Shown here piece after piece: positions 32,013 to 43,868 of a stretch of DNA of 64,000 bases. Source of the stretch: Alphaproteobacteria bacterium. Lineage in GTDB: Bacteria; Pseudomonadota; Alphaproteobacteria; UBA828. The stretch is taken from assembly GCA_965237415.1 (NCBI GenBank), contig CBDEFM010000001.1, positions 640,001 through 704,000 on the forward strand, read 5' to 3'. A model generated the notes under the pieces. It was not told the origin of the DNA. It made no database searches and saw only the letters and a list, made by a program, of their open reading frames with translations. Position 1 is the stretch's first letter. The number at the start of each line of letters is the position of its first letter. Position numbers and translations under genes: made by a program.

Positions 32013-33942
32013 GTGCGCCAGGCTAACTGGTGCAGTGCAGCCGGTGAAAGTCCGGCGGGAAAGGAGAAGGCTAGCCACCACTTCCACCCCGAGTCATGGG
32101 CCGTCATCCGCGAGGATGGGGGTTAAGCGTTGACAGGGGCGCGTGCGGGCAGGGCTATTGAGCACCGAAAGAGACTCATCCGGGATGCCGAGGCTTTTTC
32201 CATAGGCCGAAGGTAGCATCTGGTCCACCGATATGGCGACTGGGGGGACAGAATCCCGCGGTGTCTAAGAACCCATGCACGTACGTACGCACTGCACCGG
32301 GACCTGGGAGGTCTCTATGCCATCCCGCTGTCGTGGCGGGGTCGCTGAGGAAAGGAGGAATCCGTAACCGATGATGCACGGCATGGAGAAGTCAGACTCG
32401 GGAATAGTAGCTGTGAAGCCGGCGAACAAAGGGATGAGAGTCCCGGCGGAGTCGATGGAGCGAAGGACCGAGCCCAAGGGGAATCTGGAAGGCCAAAGCA
32501 CGCGCCGGACACAGGACCGGGAAAGCGTGACACAGGCGGCTGACCGGATACGGCGATTTGTACAACGGGAGCCACGGGAGCGTCTGACGACGCTTCTCCA
32601 CCATGTCACGGTCGAAGCGCTGCGCTGGGCGTTCTTCGCGTTGAAGAGGAACGCAGCGGCAGGCGCGGATGGCATGACGTGGCGGATGTACGAGGAAGGG
32701 CTGGAAGGCCGTCTAGCCGACCTTCACGACCGCGTGCACTCGGGAGCGTACCGGGCGACGCCATCACGGCGGGTGAATATTCCGAAACCGGATGGCGGCA
32801 CACGACCGCTCGGCGTCGCGGCCATAGAGGACAAGATAGTCCAGAAGGCTGTGGCGGAGATAATCCTGACGCCGATTTACGAGGCGGAGTTCCTGGGGTT
32901 CAGCTATGGGTTCCGGCCCGGGCGTGGGGCGCATGATGCGCTCGACGCGCTCGCGGCTGGCATCAAACGGCGCAAGGTCAACTGGGTGGTGGACTGTGAC
33001 ATCCGTGCATTCTTCGACAACGTGTCGAGGAACTGGCTGGTCCGGTTTCTCGAACACCGCATCGCGGACAAGCGGGTTATCAGGCTCATCATCAAGTGGT
33101 TGAACGCTGGCGTCATGGAAGATGGAGAGTGGCGGGACAACCTGCGGGGGACGCCGCAAGGCTCGGTGGCTTCACCGGTCTTGGCGAACATCTACCTGCA
33201 CTATGTCCTCGACTTGTGGTTCCAGAAGAAGTGGCGCAGCCATGAGGTCGAAGGCGACGCAATCATCGTGCGGTACGCCGATGATTTCGTGGTGGGTTTT
33301 CAGCACAAGCGGGACGCGGAGCGCTTCCTGAACGCCGTAAAGGAACGGTTCGAAAGCCTCGAACTGGACACACACCCCGACAAGACCCGGCTCATCGAGT
33401 TCGGGCGGTTTGCCCTGAAAGACCGTCGGCAACGAGGGCAGGGCAGACCGGAGACCTTCGACTTTCTGGGCTTCACGCACTACTGCGCGAAGGACAGACG
33501 AGGGAGATTCCAGTTGGGGCGCAAACCGGTCGCGAGGCGGATGAGCCGGACACTGAAGCGGATTAAGGAGGCGCTACGCAGGCGGATGCACTGCAAGTCC
33601 AAGGAGACGGCAAGATGGCTGGGGAAGGTGCTCGACGGATGGCTCAACTACTACGCAATCCCGAACAGCTACCGATACCTCGACCGTTTTACTATCCGCC
33701 TGAAGCGACTGTGGTTGCGCACGCTACGCCTACGGTCGCAGAAGGACCGCACGACATGGGCCGATATCACGGCACTGACCAAGACCCATTGGCCCAAGCT
33801 GGAAATCCGACACCCGTGGCCGGACCAACGATTTGCCGTCAGCGCTATGCGGGGCGGAACCCAAGGGAGGAGCCGGATGCCCTAGCGGGCCTGTCCGGAT
33901 CTGTGCGGGGGGGCGCTGGGCAACCAGCGTCCCTACCGCGAT
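32013..33942 (+). mobile_element. Group II intron inserted antisense into the IS66-like transposase
   Basis: 5' GTGCG at 32013; domain V GAGCCGGATGCCCTAGCGGGCCTGTCCGGATC and domain VI ending CCGCGAT at 33942; exons rejoin in frame. Confidence 0.9.
32371..33885 (+). CDS. ltrA: Group II intron reverse transcriptase/maturase (no endonuclease domain)
   Basis: IPKPDGGTRPLG, FSYGFRPGR, GTPQGS, RYADDF, FDFLGF, maturase X domain. Confidence 0.94.
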   Translation: MMHGMEKSDSGIVAVKPANKGMRVPAESMERRTEPKGNLEGQSTRRTQDRESVTQAADRIRRFVQREPRERLTTLLHHVTVEALRWAFFALKRNAAAGADGMTWRMYEEGLEGRLADLHDRVHSGAYRATPSRRVNIPKPDGGTRPLGVAAIEDKIVQKAVAEIILTPIYEAEFLGFSYGFRPGRGAHDALDALAAGIKRRKVNWVVDCDIRAFFDNVSRNWLVRFLEHRIADKRVIRLIIKWLNAGVMEDGEWRDNLRGTPQGSVASPVLANIYLHYVLDLWFQKKWRSHEVEGDAIIVRYADDFVVGFQHKRDAERFLNAVKERFESLELDTHPDKTRLIEFGRFALKDRRQRGQGRPETFDFLGFTHYCAKDRRGRFQLGRKPVARRMSRTLKRIKEALRRRMHCKSKETARWLGKVLDGWLNYYAIPNSYRYLDRFTIRLKRLWLRTLRLRSQKDRTTWADITALTKTHWPKLEIRHPWPDQRFAVSAMRGGTQGRSRMP

Positions 33943-35755
33943 AGTAGACGGCATCGCTGCTGACCGAGGTCCACAGCCAGGCGCGGCTCGACCGGTCTTC
34001 CCCGCGAAGCTCTTGCACGCGCCAGCTGGTTTCGTCGGCATGGCGCAGCGCCGCCTTGTCCTGGTGCGCGAGGATCGCCCCGGCGACTGGCTCGAACAGT
34101 GGCACGAAGCGGAGCATGCTGTCGGCGAGCGTGCCGGGAGAGATCGGCAGCCCCCGGTCGGACAGCCACGCGGCGACCCGCTTGAGCGGGCGGTAGCAGG
34201 CATAGCGTTCGAACAGGACGCAGGCCCACACGCTGATTCCGTAGGGCGTGTTGCGGAACAACCGCGGCACCGGGGGCGCCGACACTTCGATCGGCGACGA
34301 CGCGCAGCCGCAGGCCCGGCGCCAGCGCGGACGGCGGATCACACGCTTGTGGGCCTTGACGTCGATCTCGACGAGCGGGGAGATATCGGCGCCGATCGCC
34401 GCATAGGGCTTGCCGCAACAGGAGCACACACGCGCCTCCTTCGGCGGGTTGATCTCCTCCTCGCGCTCCTCGAGCCCGGGCCGTCGGGTACGGCCATGGC
34501 CTGGGGCGCCGCGCTGCTGGCCGCGCGGGCGTCCGGAACGCGGCGTCTCCTGCTTCTCGCTCTTTCGGCCGAACAGCGCCTTCGACAGCACCGCCCCGGT
34601 CGCGCGAAGCCTGGCAAGCTGCGCTTCCAGCGTCTGGATCCGATTCCACGACGCCTTCGCGCCCTTGCGCAGCCGGGCGTTCTCCCTGGACAGCGATTTG
34701 ATCGTGGCCTTCTGGCGCCGCGATCTCCGCAATGCCCTGCGCAGGTCGGCATCCGCAATGGACAGCGACTTCGACAGCGTCTTCCTGACCGCTCGAAGCC
34801 CGGCAAGCTCGGACTCAAGCGCCTTTCTGATTGCACGAAGTTTGGCAGGCTGAACCTCCAGCGACGCTTGCCGCCTCTCCAACTTCCGCACGGTCCTGCG
34901 CAGCCGGGCGTTCTCCTTGCCGAACGACGTGATCGTGGCCTTCTGGCGCCGAGATCTCCTCAGGGCTGTACGAAGTTGAGCAGCCTCGTCGCACGACAAC
35001 TTTGACAGCGTCGCCCCGGTCGCGCGAAGCTTGGTAAGCCGCGCCTTCAATTTGTCCTTTTGGGCCTCGGACACGTTCAGAGCAACGCGCAGCCGGTAGC
35101 CCTCGCCGGACAAGGATTTCACCGCGTCCTTCTGGTCGCGCAGTCGCCTCAGTTCCGCAACAAGACGAACGATCTCGCGGTTCTGCGATCCGATCGTCTC
35201 CTTGTGGGTTTCCGCGCCCTGCAAATCCTTGCGCAACTCACGGACCTCGTACTCCAGCAACCCGGCCTTCGCCGCCCGGGCCTGCGCCACCTTCAGAGCC
35301 TTGCGCAGCTGGTTGACCTCCGTGAGCGACACAACCGGGGGCTGCCTGGCGGCCTCGATGCGGGATTCCGAAGGCCGCTGCTCAAACCGCGTCACTTCCG
35401 CCTTCGATGATTGCGCGGCCTTCACCGCGCGACGCAGTTCCTTCACCTCGACGCGGGACGCCTCCAGCTTGCCCCGACAGCTGTCGAGCTGCCACTTGAA
35501 AGAACCCGCCCGGGAACGAGCATCCACATCTGACCGGCGCAGCTCTTCACAGCGTGCTTCGGCCGCGTCCGCCCGCGCCCGTTCCCGCTCCGCACGGGCG
35601 TGCTGCCGCTCGTACAGCGAACGCCAGTCGCGCGGCTGCTGCTCCAGCACGGACGCAGGGAACGACCAACCTGCATCGTCACCATCGGCCTGCGTCAGCG
35701 CTGCGCCAATATCTTCGTCGAGAACCGCCATGCGCTCAACGATAGCCCATGGCAA
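33943..35755 (-). pseudogene. IS66-like transposase N-terminal part with long coiled coil
   Basis: Repeated coiled-coil units, LFGRKSEK, GQQRGAPGHGR, CSCC, LRHADETSWRV; the continuation at 31700-32012 has a frameshift near 31890. Confidence 0.82.
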
Positions 35756-35853
35756 AACGCGTTACCAGCCCAATTTTAGAGTTCATCCCGACATGGATGA
35801 TGAGCCCAACGTCGGCCTATACCGGCCCGACCGAACCTTTACCGCGATGGCCG

Positions 35854-37610
35854 CTACTGCTCGTCCGGCCGCGCCATGCGGTAGCCGGCGCCGCGCGCGG
35901 TGACGATCCAGGCCGGCGCGTTGGGGTCGTCGCCGAGCTTCTCGCGCAGCTTCTTGACGAAGGCGCGCACCAGCTTCGGGTTGGCGCGGTTGCGCTCGCG
36001 CCAGACCTGGCGCCGGATGGCGTCGTAGGTCGAGACCCGGTCGCCGGCCTGCGAGAGCACGCGCAGCAGCTCGAACTCGGTGGCGGTCAGCTCCACAGGG
36101 TTGCCGGCGACGGTCACCCGGCGCCGGGCGTAGTCGATGGCGAGGTCCCCCAGCACGTAGGGCTCGGGCTCGGCGCGCCCGCGCAGCGCCGCCCGGACCC
36201 GCGCCGCGAGCTCGGTCGGCGAGAAGGGCTTGACGATGTAGTCGACGGCGCCGGCCTCGAGCGCCCGCGCGATCGTCTCGTCCCTGCCGTAGCCGGAGAT
36301 GAAGATCACCGGCAGGTCGGCGAGCGCGGGGACCTGCGCCATCAGCTCGATGCCGTCGGTCCCGGGCAGCATCAGGTCGAGCAGGACCAGCGCCGGCTTC
36401 TCGGTCCCGATGATGTGCGACAGGTCGCGATGGTCGCCGGTCGCGAGCGGGGCGTAGCCGGCTTGCGTGAGCGCGTCGCGGACATAGCGCAGCGTCTGCG
36501 GGTCGTCGTCGACCACGAGGATGCGCACCGGCCCGGCGTCGTCGCGCAGGGCGCGCGACGGGCTCGTGCCGGCGGCCGCCGCCTCTGCCAGCGGCAGCGT
36601 GAAGGTGAAGCGGGCGCCCCGCCCGGCGCCGGCGCTCTCGGCCCGGATGCGCCCGCCATGGGCCTCGACCAGCCCCTTGCAGATGGCGAGGCCGAGGCCC
36701 GTGCCGATGCCGGGTTCGCCCTCGCCCTCGCCGGGCTGGCCCTCGCCGGCGGGGGCGGGTGCGCGGGCGGCGTCGTATTTGCGGAACAGATGCGCGAGGC
36801 GGTCCGGCGCCACGCCCCGGCCCTCGTCGGAAACCGAGATCGCGACCTGCACCCCGTCGCGCGCCGCCTCGATCCGGATCGGCGTCGACACCGGCGCGTG
36901 GCGCGCGGCGTTGGACAGCAGGTTGTTCAGCACCTGCACAATGCGCTCCCGGTCGGCCATCGCCCAGGGCAGGTCCGGCGGCAGGTCGATGACGAGGGTG
37001 TGCCGGCCGCCGCCGGACAGGAACGTGGTGCGCGCCCGGTCGACCAGCGCCGCGACCTCCGAGGGCTCCGGCGCCACCGACAGCGTGCCCGCGTCGATGC
37101 TCCCGGCGTCGAGCAGGTCGGCGATGAGGCCGCTCATGCGGTCGGCCTGCTCGTCGATGATGCGGAAGAACTGCCGGATCTCGGCCGCACCGTAGAGCCG
37201 CGCGGCGCCGAGCACCGTGGCGGTCGAGCCCTTGATCGAGGTCAGCGGCATGCGCAGCTCGTGGCTCACCATGCCGAGGAACTCCGCCCGCATGCGCTCC
37301 AGCTCCTGGAGCGGCGCGAGGTCCTGCATGGTGACCACCACCGAGGCGACGGCGCCGGCCCCGGCATCGGTCGGCGCCGCGTGGATCGGCGTCGCGTTGA
37401 TCAGCGTGGTGATGCTGCGCCCGTCGGGAACCGAGAGCTCGACCTCCTCGGCGCGCACCGTCTCGGCGCTGCTCAGCGCGCCCGAGAGCGGGAACCGGTC
37501 GAGCGCGATCTCGCGCCCGTCGGCGCGCCGGCAGGTGATCACCTGGAGCAGGTCCTCGGCGCTGCGGCCCGGCATGCGCAGGCTCTCCACCAGCCGCGTC
37601 GCCTCCCGGA
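35854..37610 (-). pseudogene. Hybrid sensor kinase-response regulator (PAS-HisKA-HATPase-REC-wHTH), 5'-truncated
   Basis: FLGMVSHELRMPL, NLLSNA, GTGLGL, ILVVDDD, LLDLMLP, YIVKPF, LTATEFELL; the upstream part of the 843-aa ORF looks non-coding. Confidence 0.8.
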
Positions 37611-38956
37611 CCAAGGCCCTCGGAGGTGGCGCCTGTGGTGTCTCGCTTGCGCGGGGCACTTGTGCGGTGATCAGGTCAGCGCAGAGCGCCGGCCGGGCCG
37701 GTCGGTGACCAAGGCCACACGGGGACTGAACCGAGCCGCACCCCCCTGAGCGCCGGGGGTCCCGCTCCCATTGGGAAAACTTATGGGCGTTGAAGGAAAA
37801 CGATATTGGAAATGATCCCGGAGCTTCGCTAGATTGCATCCACCCGATGGGGATCTGGTTGAAGCCGAGGAAGGACCGATGCTGCAAGGGATGATGACCG
37901 TGAATGACCGACGCCTCCGGATGGCCCTCACGGGGCTCGCCATGGCCGTCATGGTCGTCGTCATCGTCGTCGCCGGCATCGAACCGGCGCTGGCCTTTGG
38001 CTGCAGCAGGTGACCGCACCTTCGCTGGTTCAGGCCGCGTCGGACAGGCCCCCTTGCCGGTCCGGCGGTGGACGCGTCCGATACGGTAGCCCGGAAACTC
38101 GAACGCTCCTCCCGGGCATCTTCGGGGCGGCAGAGGTCGCGGCCAAGTGGCACACCGACGGCTGGATGCGCTCGCAGATGCGGCGCTGGATCGCGAAGGC
38201 CAAGGCCCTCGTCGACGGCGGCTGGCGCGACCTGGTGCCCCGCTACGTGTCCGACGAGTGACGGGAATGGGCAGGTCGTCGCGAAGCACGGAATCGAGGC
38301 TGCTTGCGGAGCGATGCGGCAGCGGGAAACGAGGGGCAACTGCGTCAGGCCGCCGTCGGATTACGAAAGCGATAGCTCCGGCCATACACGTTCGGTCGGG
38401 ACACCGAACCTACGCTGGCTCCGACGTCATCCTCACGGCCCCACTGAACGGCTACAAAGCGGATCACGGCCCGATCGCAGGGTTGGGGACAATGGCAAGC
38501 GTTCGGTCGCGCCGGGATGGGGCGGGCCTCAGCGCCGGCCGAATGACGAATGACGCCGAGTTCAACGGCGTGATCGCCAGGGAAAAATGCTGTCGGGCAC
38601 TGGGAATGCCTGACGCTCCTGCCAGCGCGGAGGGTAACGGAGCCAGTGGGCCGGACAGGCCCCGTTCGGAAAGGACACCGGACTGCCGCTGCGCCGGCGC
38701 CGCCATCCCGGCGCGACCGAACGCATACAGATCGGCGGCCAGTAACCGTTCGACGGCCGGGGGAGGGCGATGACGACACGCCGGACCAGCCAGGTCGCAG
38801 CGGGGAGAACACGGAAACGCCGTTGTCTCCAGGTAGCCCGCGAGCCGATGACCGAAGTGTTTCGGGTCGCGAGAGGAGCGTCCGTCAGTTCGCCCGTGGA
38901 AGGCGGCGACCAGGGTGCCGGAGCCGGCGCCCTCTCGTACCGTTCATGCGGGCAGG

Positions 38957-39964
38957 TCATCGGAAGGGGCCGGGAAACAGCCACGGGGCAATCCTGAGGC
39001 CGTTCCGGTCGACCCGGTCGGCGGTAATCCCGTTCGACAACTCGTCGTCGATACATTCCGTCGCGATTTGCATGGCTTCCAGAAGGGGGCCGCGCCGATC
39101 GATGTCATGCTCCCAGAGAAGAGCCTCTTTCGAATCGAGTACGGCAGCACGTTCAGCCATCACCTTCGGATGGGTGTGCAGCCATCGCAGAAACGGGATG
39201 GCATCGGGCGTTTCGCGCCAGAGCTCGCCGCATTGTTCCGCATACTCCTTCGCCAGGTCTGGACCGGCGAAGTTCGTGCCATGCCAAATGCCGACCGGCA
39301 TGGGCGCGGGGTTTCCGCAGAGGATTTCCGGGATATAGACATTCTCGACGAACCCGCGCCTGAGACTGGTTGCGGCCGCCGCGTGCCGGCCCTGCCGGAA
39401 TTGCAACAGCGCCATCTCATACCAGTAAGGCGGATACTCCGCCGCCTCCGTCTCGAACAGGGACTGGGCCCGCTCTTCCTGACCGGTGCGCAGGTACTCG
39501 GAGCCGATGATGTAGCGGATGCCCTGGTTGTCATCGGGGTTCCATGCCAGCATCCGCTCCATGATCGCTATGGCCTCGGTGGCGTTGCCCAGTTGCAGAT
39601 GGCAAAGGGCAGCCCCGTGAGCCGCGCGAAGAAAGGGACGGTTCTCCAGGAACTTCCACTCGATGAATTCCTGGAAGTCCGGGGGAATGAGTTCCGTCCC
39701 CAGCGAATAGCCCCGCATGCAGGACTCCAGTGCGCGTTTGAAGGTTCCCCGGTCATACAGCGCGTTTCCGAGATGCGCATGGCCGTCGATGAACCAGGGA
39801 TGGCGTTCGACCAAGTCTTCCAGCGCCTTGACATACCAGGATGTGGAAGGCCGGTCGGCCCCTCGCCGCTCCAGGAGATCGTCGAGTTCCTCGACGACGC
39901 CGTCATACCCCGGTGGATATACGAAGACGGCGACGTCTTCGTGCATTTCAAGGGTGATCGTCAT
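38957..39964 (-). CDS. TPR-repeat protein
   Basis: HPWFIDGHAHLG...W..LENRPFLRA...LAWNPDDNQGIRY...N.YIPEIL. Confidence 0.75.
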   Translation of the reverse strand: MTITLEMHEDVAVFVYPPGYDGVVEELDDLLERRGADRPSTSWYVKALEDLVERHPWFIDGHAHLGNALYDRGTFKRALESCMRGYSLGTELIPPDFQEFIEWKFLENRPFLRAAHGAALCHLQLGNATEAIAIMERMLAWNPDDNQGIRYIIGSEYLRTGQEERAQSLFETEAAEYPPYWYEMALLQFRQGRHAAAATSLRRGFVENVYIPEILCGNPAPMPVGIWHGTNFAGPDLAKEYAEQCGELWRETPDAIPFLRWLHTHPKVMAERAAVLDSKEALLWEHDIDRRGPLLEAMQIATECIDDELSNGITADRVDRNGLRIAPWLFPGPFR

Positions 39965-40562
39965 CGCCCGTTCTCGCCGGATTCGGACCGGGGTTTCGTT
40001 TCCGGCTCCAGCGCCCGGACGGCCGCCATGGCGATCGTCACGGCGAGGTCCGTGCTCAGCGTTGCGATTCGTCTTCCGGGATTCTCGATCATGCGAATTT
40101 GATGGCGCAATCGAAGATCGCAGTCAACGCAGCCCAGCCACGAAACCTGACAATCACAGATATCGAGTCAGCAACCGGGGTTGTCGCTTTGGGTTCGGCG
40201 TCGTCGTCGGTCTGTCCATGAACAGCGCCTGTGAACCTTCCGGCCAATAACCGGAGATGCACAGGTCAAGATCCTACCTCCGCAACCTCATATACCCCGT
40301 TATGCCAACAGGATAGCTGGGTATTTCATTTTCCGTCCCCGAGCTGATTGCCTGGCCGTAAGCATACTGTAAGCGGAGTCAATGCATCGTGGGGCCGGGC
40401 TGTGACCGCGCGTGGCAACGTCGCCCGCGGAATTTTCCTGCGTTCACACGCATGGCGCCGCATGGCCAGCCCGCCGCCGGGGTCGCAACCTGAAAGCGGG
40501 GGTCCCCGGTGCGCGCGGCTGGCTGCGCCGGTCGGTCTGCGCGCGCCAGGTCGGTAAACCGG

Positions 40563-40618
40563 GGCGGTGCTTACGGCGGGCTGGCGGTGCTTACGGCGGG
40601 CTGGCGGTGCTTACGGCG
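40563..40618. repeat. 20-bp tandem repeat, about 3 units
   Basis: GGCGGTGCTTACGGCGGGCT x2.8 with no spacers. Confidence 0.85.
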
Positions 40619-40679
40619 ACCGGTATTGCGCCGGTGGCCACGAGACGTTGGCGGCCACCCACCCGGTTCCGCCCACTGT

Positions 40680-40930
40680 CGGATACCCTGGTTGTCATCG
40701 GAGTTCCACGCCAGAATCTTCTCCATCATCGTCACCGCTTCCCGGGATCGGCCCAGCCGCGGATGGCAAAGGACCGCCCCGCGAGCCGCGCGAAGAAGCG
40801 GGCGGTTCTCCAGAGTTCGCATTCGATGAATTCCTGGAAGTCCGGCGGAATGAGTTCCGCCCGCAGCGCATTGCCCCGCATGCAGGATCCGGTGCGCGTT
40901 TGAACTTTCCCTGGTCGTACAGTGCGTATG
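40680..40930 (-). pseudogene. Degenerate partial copy of the TPR gene
   Basis: Shares ALYDQGKFKRA, ELIPPDFQEFIE, LENRP, LAWNSDDNQGIR with 39520-39770. Confidence 0.8.
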
Positions 40931-41230
40931 GGGCCCACGACCGGGCCATCAGACTCCTCCGGAGCGGTGGGCGGTCATTTCCGTGTGTACGGATCCGCCG
41001 GCGGCCGAGGGCGCCGGCGCTGCCCGTATGTCCTCTGGGCATCGAATTCGACCCAATCGGCATTGGCATTTTCGGTTTCCGGTCGTTAATCGATTCGGTC
41101 CTTGGCGCCGCGGTGGCGGCGTCGAGAACCGGCAGACAGGACCATGACCGGGAGACTATCGGGAAGGGCCTGGGCGAAAGCCTTCGGCCGCGCGCGGGCG
41201 GCGGGACGGGCCGGGCGGCGGCGTAGCGCG

Positions 41231-41749
41231 ATGGACGTGGTCGTCGTCGAATCGCCCGCCAAGGCGCGGACAATCCGCAAGCTTCTCGGCAGCGGGTACC
41301 GGGTGCTGGCGACCAGCGGCCATGTCAGCGACCTGCCGGCCAGGGCGGGCTCGGTCGATCCCGAGGACGGTTTCGCGATGGTCTACGAGACCGGGCGCCG
41401 GGCGGCGCGGGCGCTCGCGGCCATCCGGGCGGCACTCGCGGATGCTGGCCGCCTGGTCCTGGCGACCGACCCCGACCGCGAGGGCGAGGCGATCGCCTGG
41501 CAGGTGCTGACCTGGCTGCGGGAGCGGGACGCGATCGGGGAGACGCCGGTCGCGCGCGTCGTCTTCCACGAGATCACCCCCGGAGCCGTGCGGGACGCGA
41601 TGGCGCATCCGCGCGAAATCGACCTGGACCTGGTGCGGGCGCAGCAGGCACGCCGGGCGCTGGACTACCGTGCCGGCCTCTCCGACAATGCGGACGAGGG
41701 CCTTGCCACCGGAGACTTCGACAACACCGGGTTGGACGGGGCCGGTTAA
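41231..41749 (+). pseudogene. topA: DNA topoisomerase I N-terminal (TOPRIM) fragment
   Basis: VVVESPAKARTI...GHVSDL...LATDPDREGEAIAW...FHEIT...AQQARRALD; homology then ends. Confidence 0.85.
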
Positions 41750-42076
41750 GCGGTTCGGCCCTGGGGGCGATGTGGTTCATGGCAGTCTCCATGGAGGGTT
41801 GCATCGGTGCGGCGCCGGCGGCGCTCTCCGGCCGCCCCACGCCTGCCCTCCCCACGGGCCGACTCGGCCTCCTGGCGGTGCTCCGGGCAGCTGCACACCT
41901 CGATGGCGGTGCTGTGCCGCGGACCCGGGCCGAATCCGGTGCCGGCTGGGTTGACGCGGCCGGGCCGTTGGTCGAGGAATTTGCACTGTCGCGGGAAGTG
42001 GGTATTTCCGGCGGCCTGGCCATGGGGGACGCCGGAGTTCCAGGGTAGTGCGGACGAGGGAAGGCAGGAGGGTTCG

Positions 42077-43156
42077 GTGAGCGGAACGCGCGATCGCGAG
42101 GTGGCACGGTACTGGGGCGGGTTGTCCCTGCTGGTTCGGCTCTCGCAAGCCGGTACCGAACTGTCGAGCGAGGAAGTCGGCGCGCTGCTGGGGACGCGGA
42201 ATGTCAAGGGGATCGGGGCCGCGTTATCCGGGACCAGGGGCACGCTCCGCGGGGCAGGCATTCGCATGGAGGAGGCGGCAATCCGTCGGACGGTGCGCGG
42301 CCGGAGTGTCTGGACCGGCGGACCGCGGATCCGCCAGGCGATGCATGTTCTCGAACAGGAGCGCTACCGATGGACGATCGGCAGCGTACGCAACGATTCA
42401 CCGATAGAGAAGGTTCGACCCGGGGAAACGGGGCCGGTGCTCGTGCTTCGGGCGCTGAAGTCCCGGGGGAACGTCTACCGGATCGACGGCGGGATGACCG
42501 AACTGGACGAGATCCTCGACGACGACCTGTTGGAGATCGGTGACGCCCGAAGCGAAACCATCGGGGAAACCTTCGTCGCCCGGATCGAACCGGGCGAGGA
42601 CGGGCGAGAGCACCCGGTGCCGGATGGCTACGGGGAGAACGGCATCTGGGTGCGCGGCGAGCACGATTACGACGATTCTCGAGTGCCGGGCGCGATCGGG
42701 ACTGGACTTTGGTCGATCATGATCGCCTGGGTCGGCGAAGCGACCTGGGTCGAGCGCCGCCTTCCGTTCGAGGACGTGCGCCGGCAGGTGGCGATGGCAA
42801 GTGCGGAAAACAGCCGATTGTTTTCCAGGGATGCGATCGCACACTGGCGGGACGTCGAGCCGGAATCGTGCTTCCGCTATGTGAACTGGATCGGCGCGCG
42901 CGGCCTCGACGGCCCGCGGCATGCGCCTCCGCTGCGCATGCGATTGCGCTGCTGGTACGAGGTCGTGATCGGGACGGCGACGGGCAGACGCATCGTTCTG
43001 CGCGAGGAAGGGCTGCGCGGCGACGACGCGCGTACGACGAGCCGGGCGATCGGACGTTGGCGCCAGTTGCAGGACAAGGCAGCCAGCGAGCCGGTAGCGT
43101 TCCGAGAGCTCCGGATCGCCAGGAAGCAGCCTCGGCCGATGCCAGCGGACCGATAG
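42077..43156 (+). CDS. Hypothetical protein (359 aa)
   Basis: AGGAGG RBS before GTG; coding-like composition; no family recognised. Confidence 0.6.
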   Translation: MSGTRDREVARYWGGLSLLVRLSQAGTELSSEEVGALLGTRNVKGIGAALSGTRGTLRGAGIRMEEAAIRRTVRGRSVWTGGPRIRQAMHVLEQERYRWTIGSVRNDSPIEKVRPGETGPVLVLRALKSRGNVYRIDGGMTELDEILDDDLLEIGDARSETIGETFVARIEPGEDGREHPVPDGYGENGIWVRGEHDYDDSRVPGAIGTGLWSIMIAWVGEATWVERRLPFEDVRRQVAMASAENSRLFSRDAIAHWRDVEPESCFRYVNWIGARGLDGPRHAPPLRMRLRCWYEVVIGTATGRRIVLREEGLRGDDARTTSRAIGRWRQLQDKAASEPVAFRELRIARKQPRPMPADR

Positions 43157-43868
43157 GGTAGGCACAGAACGGGGGGTCGGGAAGGTGGGCGAGTGGCCAA
43201 ACAGCACGAAATACGGCACAGAGCGCATAGCCACCGGTCAGGCGGTGCTCCCACAAGGATCGACGTTGACCGGGGCGACGCGGTACGGATAACTGGGGAG
43301 CTATGGCCAAAGCGCGACGGGGAATCGATGGATTGGAGGATTCGGTCACGACCCAAGGCGTCACAAACCGTCTCGATATGGAATCCGGCCGATTGCTATA
43401 CGATGACGGACGGACATGGGCTCAGCGGCCAGCCGCGGCGAAATCCCAAGAGGACAGCCGCGTTGGGGGCCGGGACGCTACTGGTCCGGATGCTCGATTG
43501 CATATGTGGCAAGGAGGTGATGTACCGCAACATCTTGATGCGGTCGACCAGGGAGGCGGCCAGAGAAACAGCCGGAATGCACCTTGAATCAGCCGCGACG
43601 CTGTCCGAAAAGGCGGAGCCACCTCAGTCGAATGAGGGTTCGGAAGCGTGGTTCCGTCAGGGAGTGGGACCGCTGACTAGTTGTCGACAACCGTCGCCCT
43701 CCCGCAGCCGCGGACCTCGCCCATGAACGAGTTGAGCTACGAAGTTGTTATCCTCGCATGGGCCGACCGGATATGTACAATCAGATTATCCAAGCCTAGC
43801 GTATGTCAACACCGAACCCGCTGCCACAGATAGCGGCGGCTACTAGAGAAGCATCTTGGAGCACTAGG

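Larger units (their letters stand above)
31700..35842 (-). mobile_element. IS66-like element copy B (5' half), interrupted by a group II intron
   Basis: TIR GTAAAGGTTCGGTCGGGCCG at 35842; the transposase rejoins across the intron as ...SSDAVY-FHIDPSRS... Confidence 0.8.

Noticed and set aside
32371-33885. Retron, DGR or defence RT
   Set aside because: Maturase domain, GTGCG start and domain V/VI identify a group II intron.
37900-38012. Pilin or secreted mini-peptide (MNDRRLRMALTG...PALAFGCSR)
   Set aside because: Signal-peptide-like but too short and without context to support a call.
40563-40618. CRISPR array
   Set aside because: Contiguous identical 20-mers with no spacers and no cas genes.
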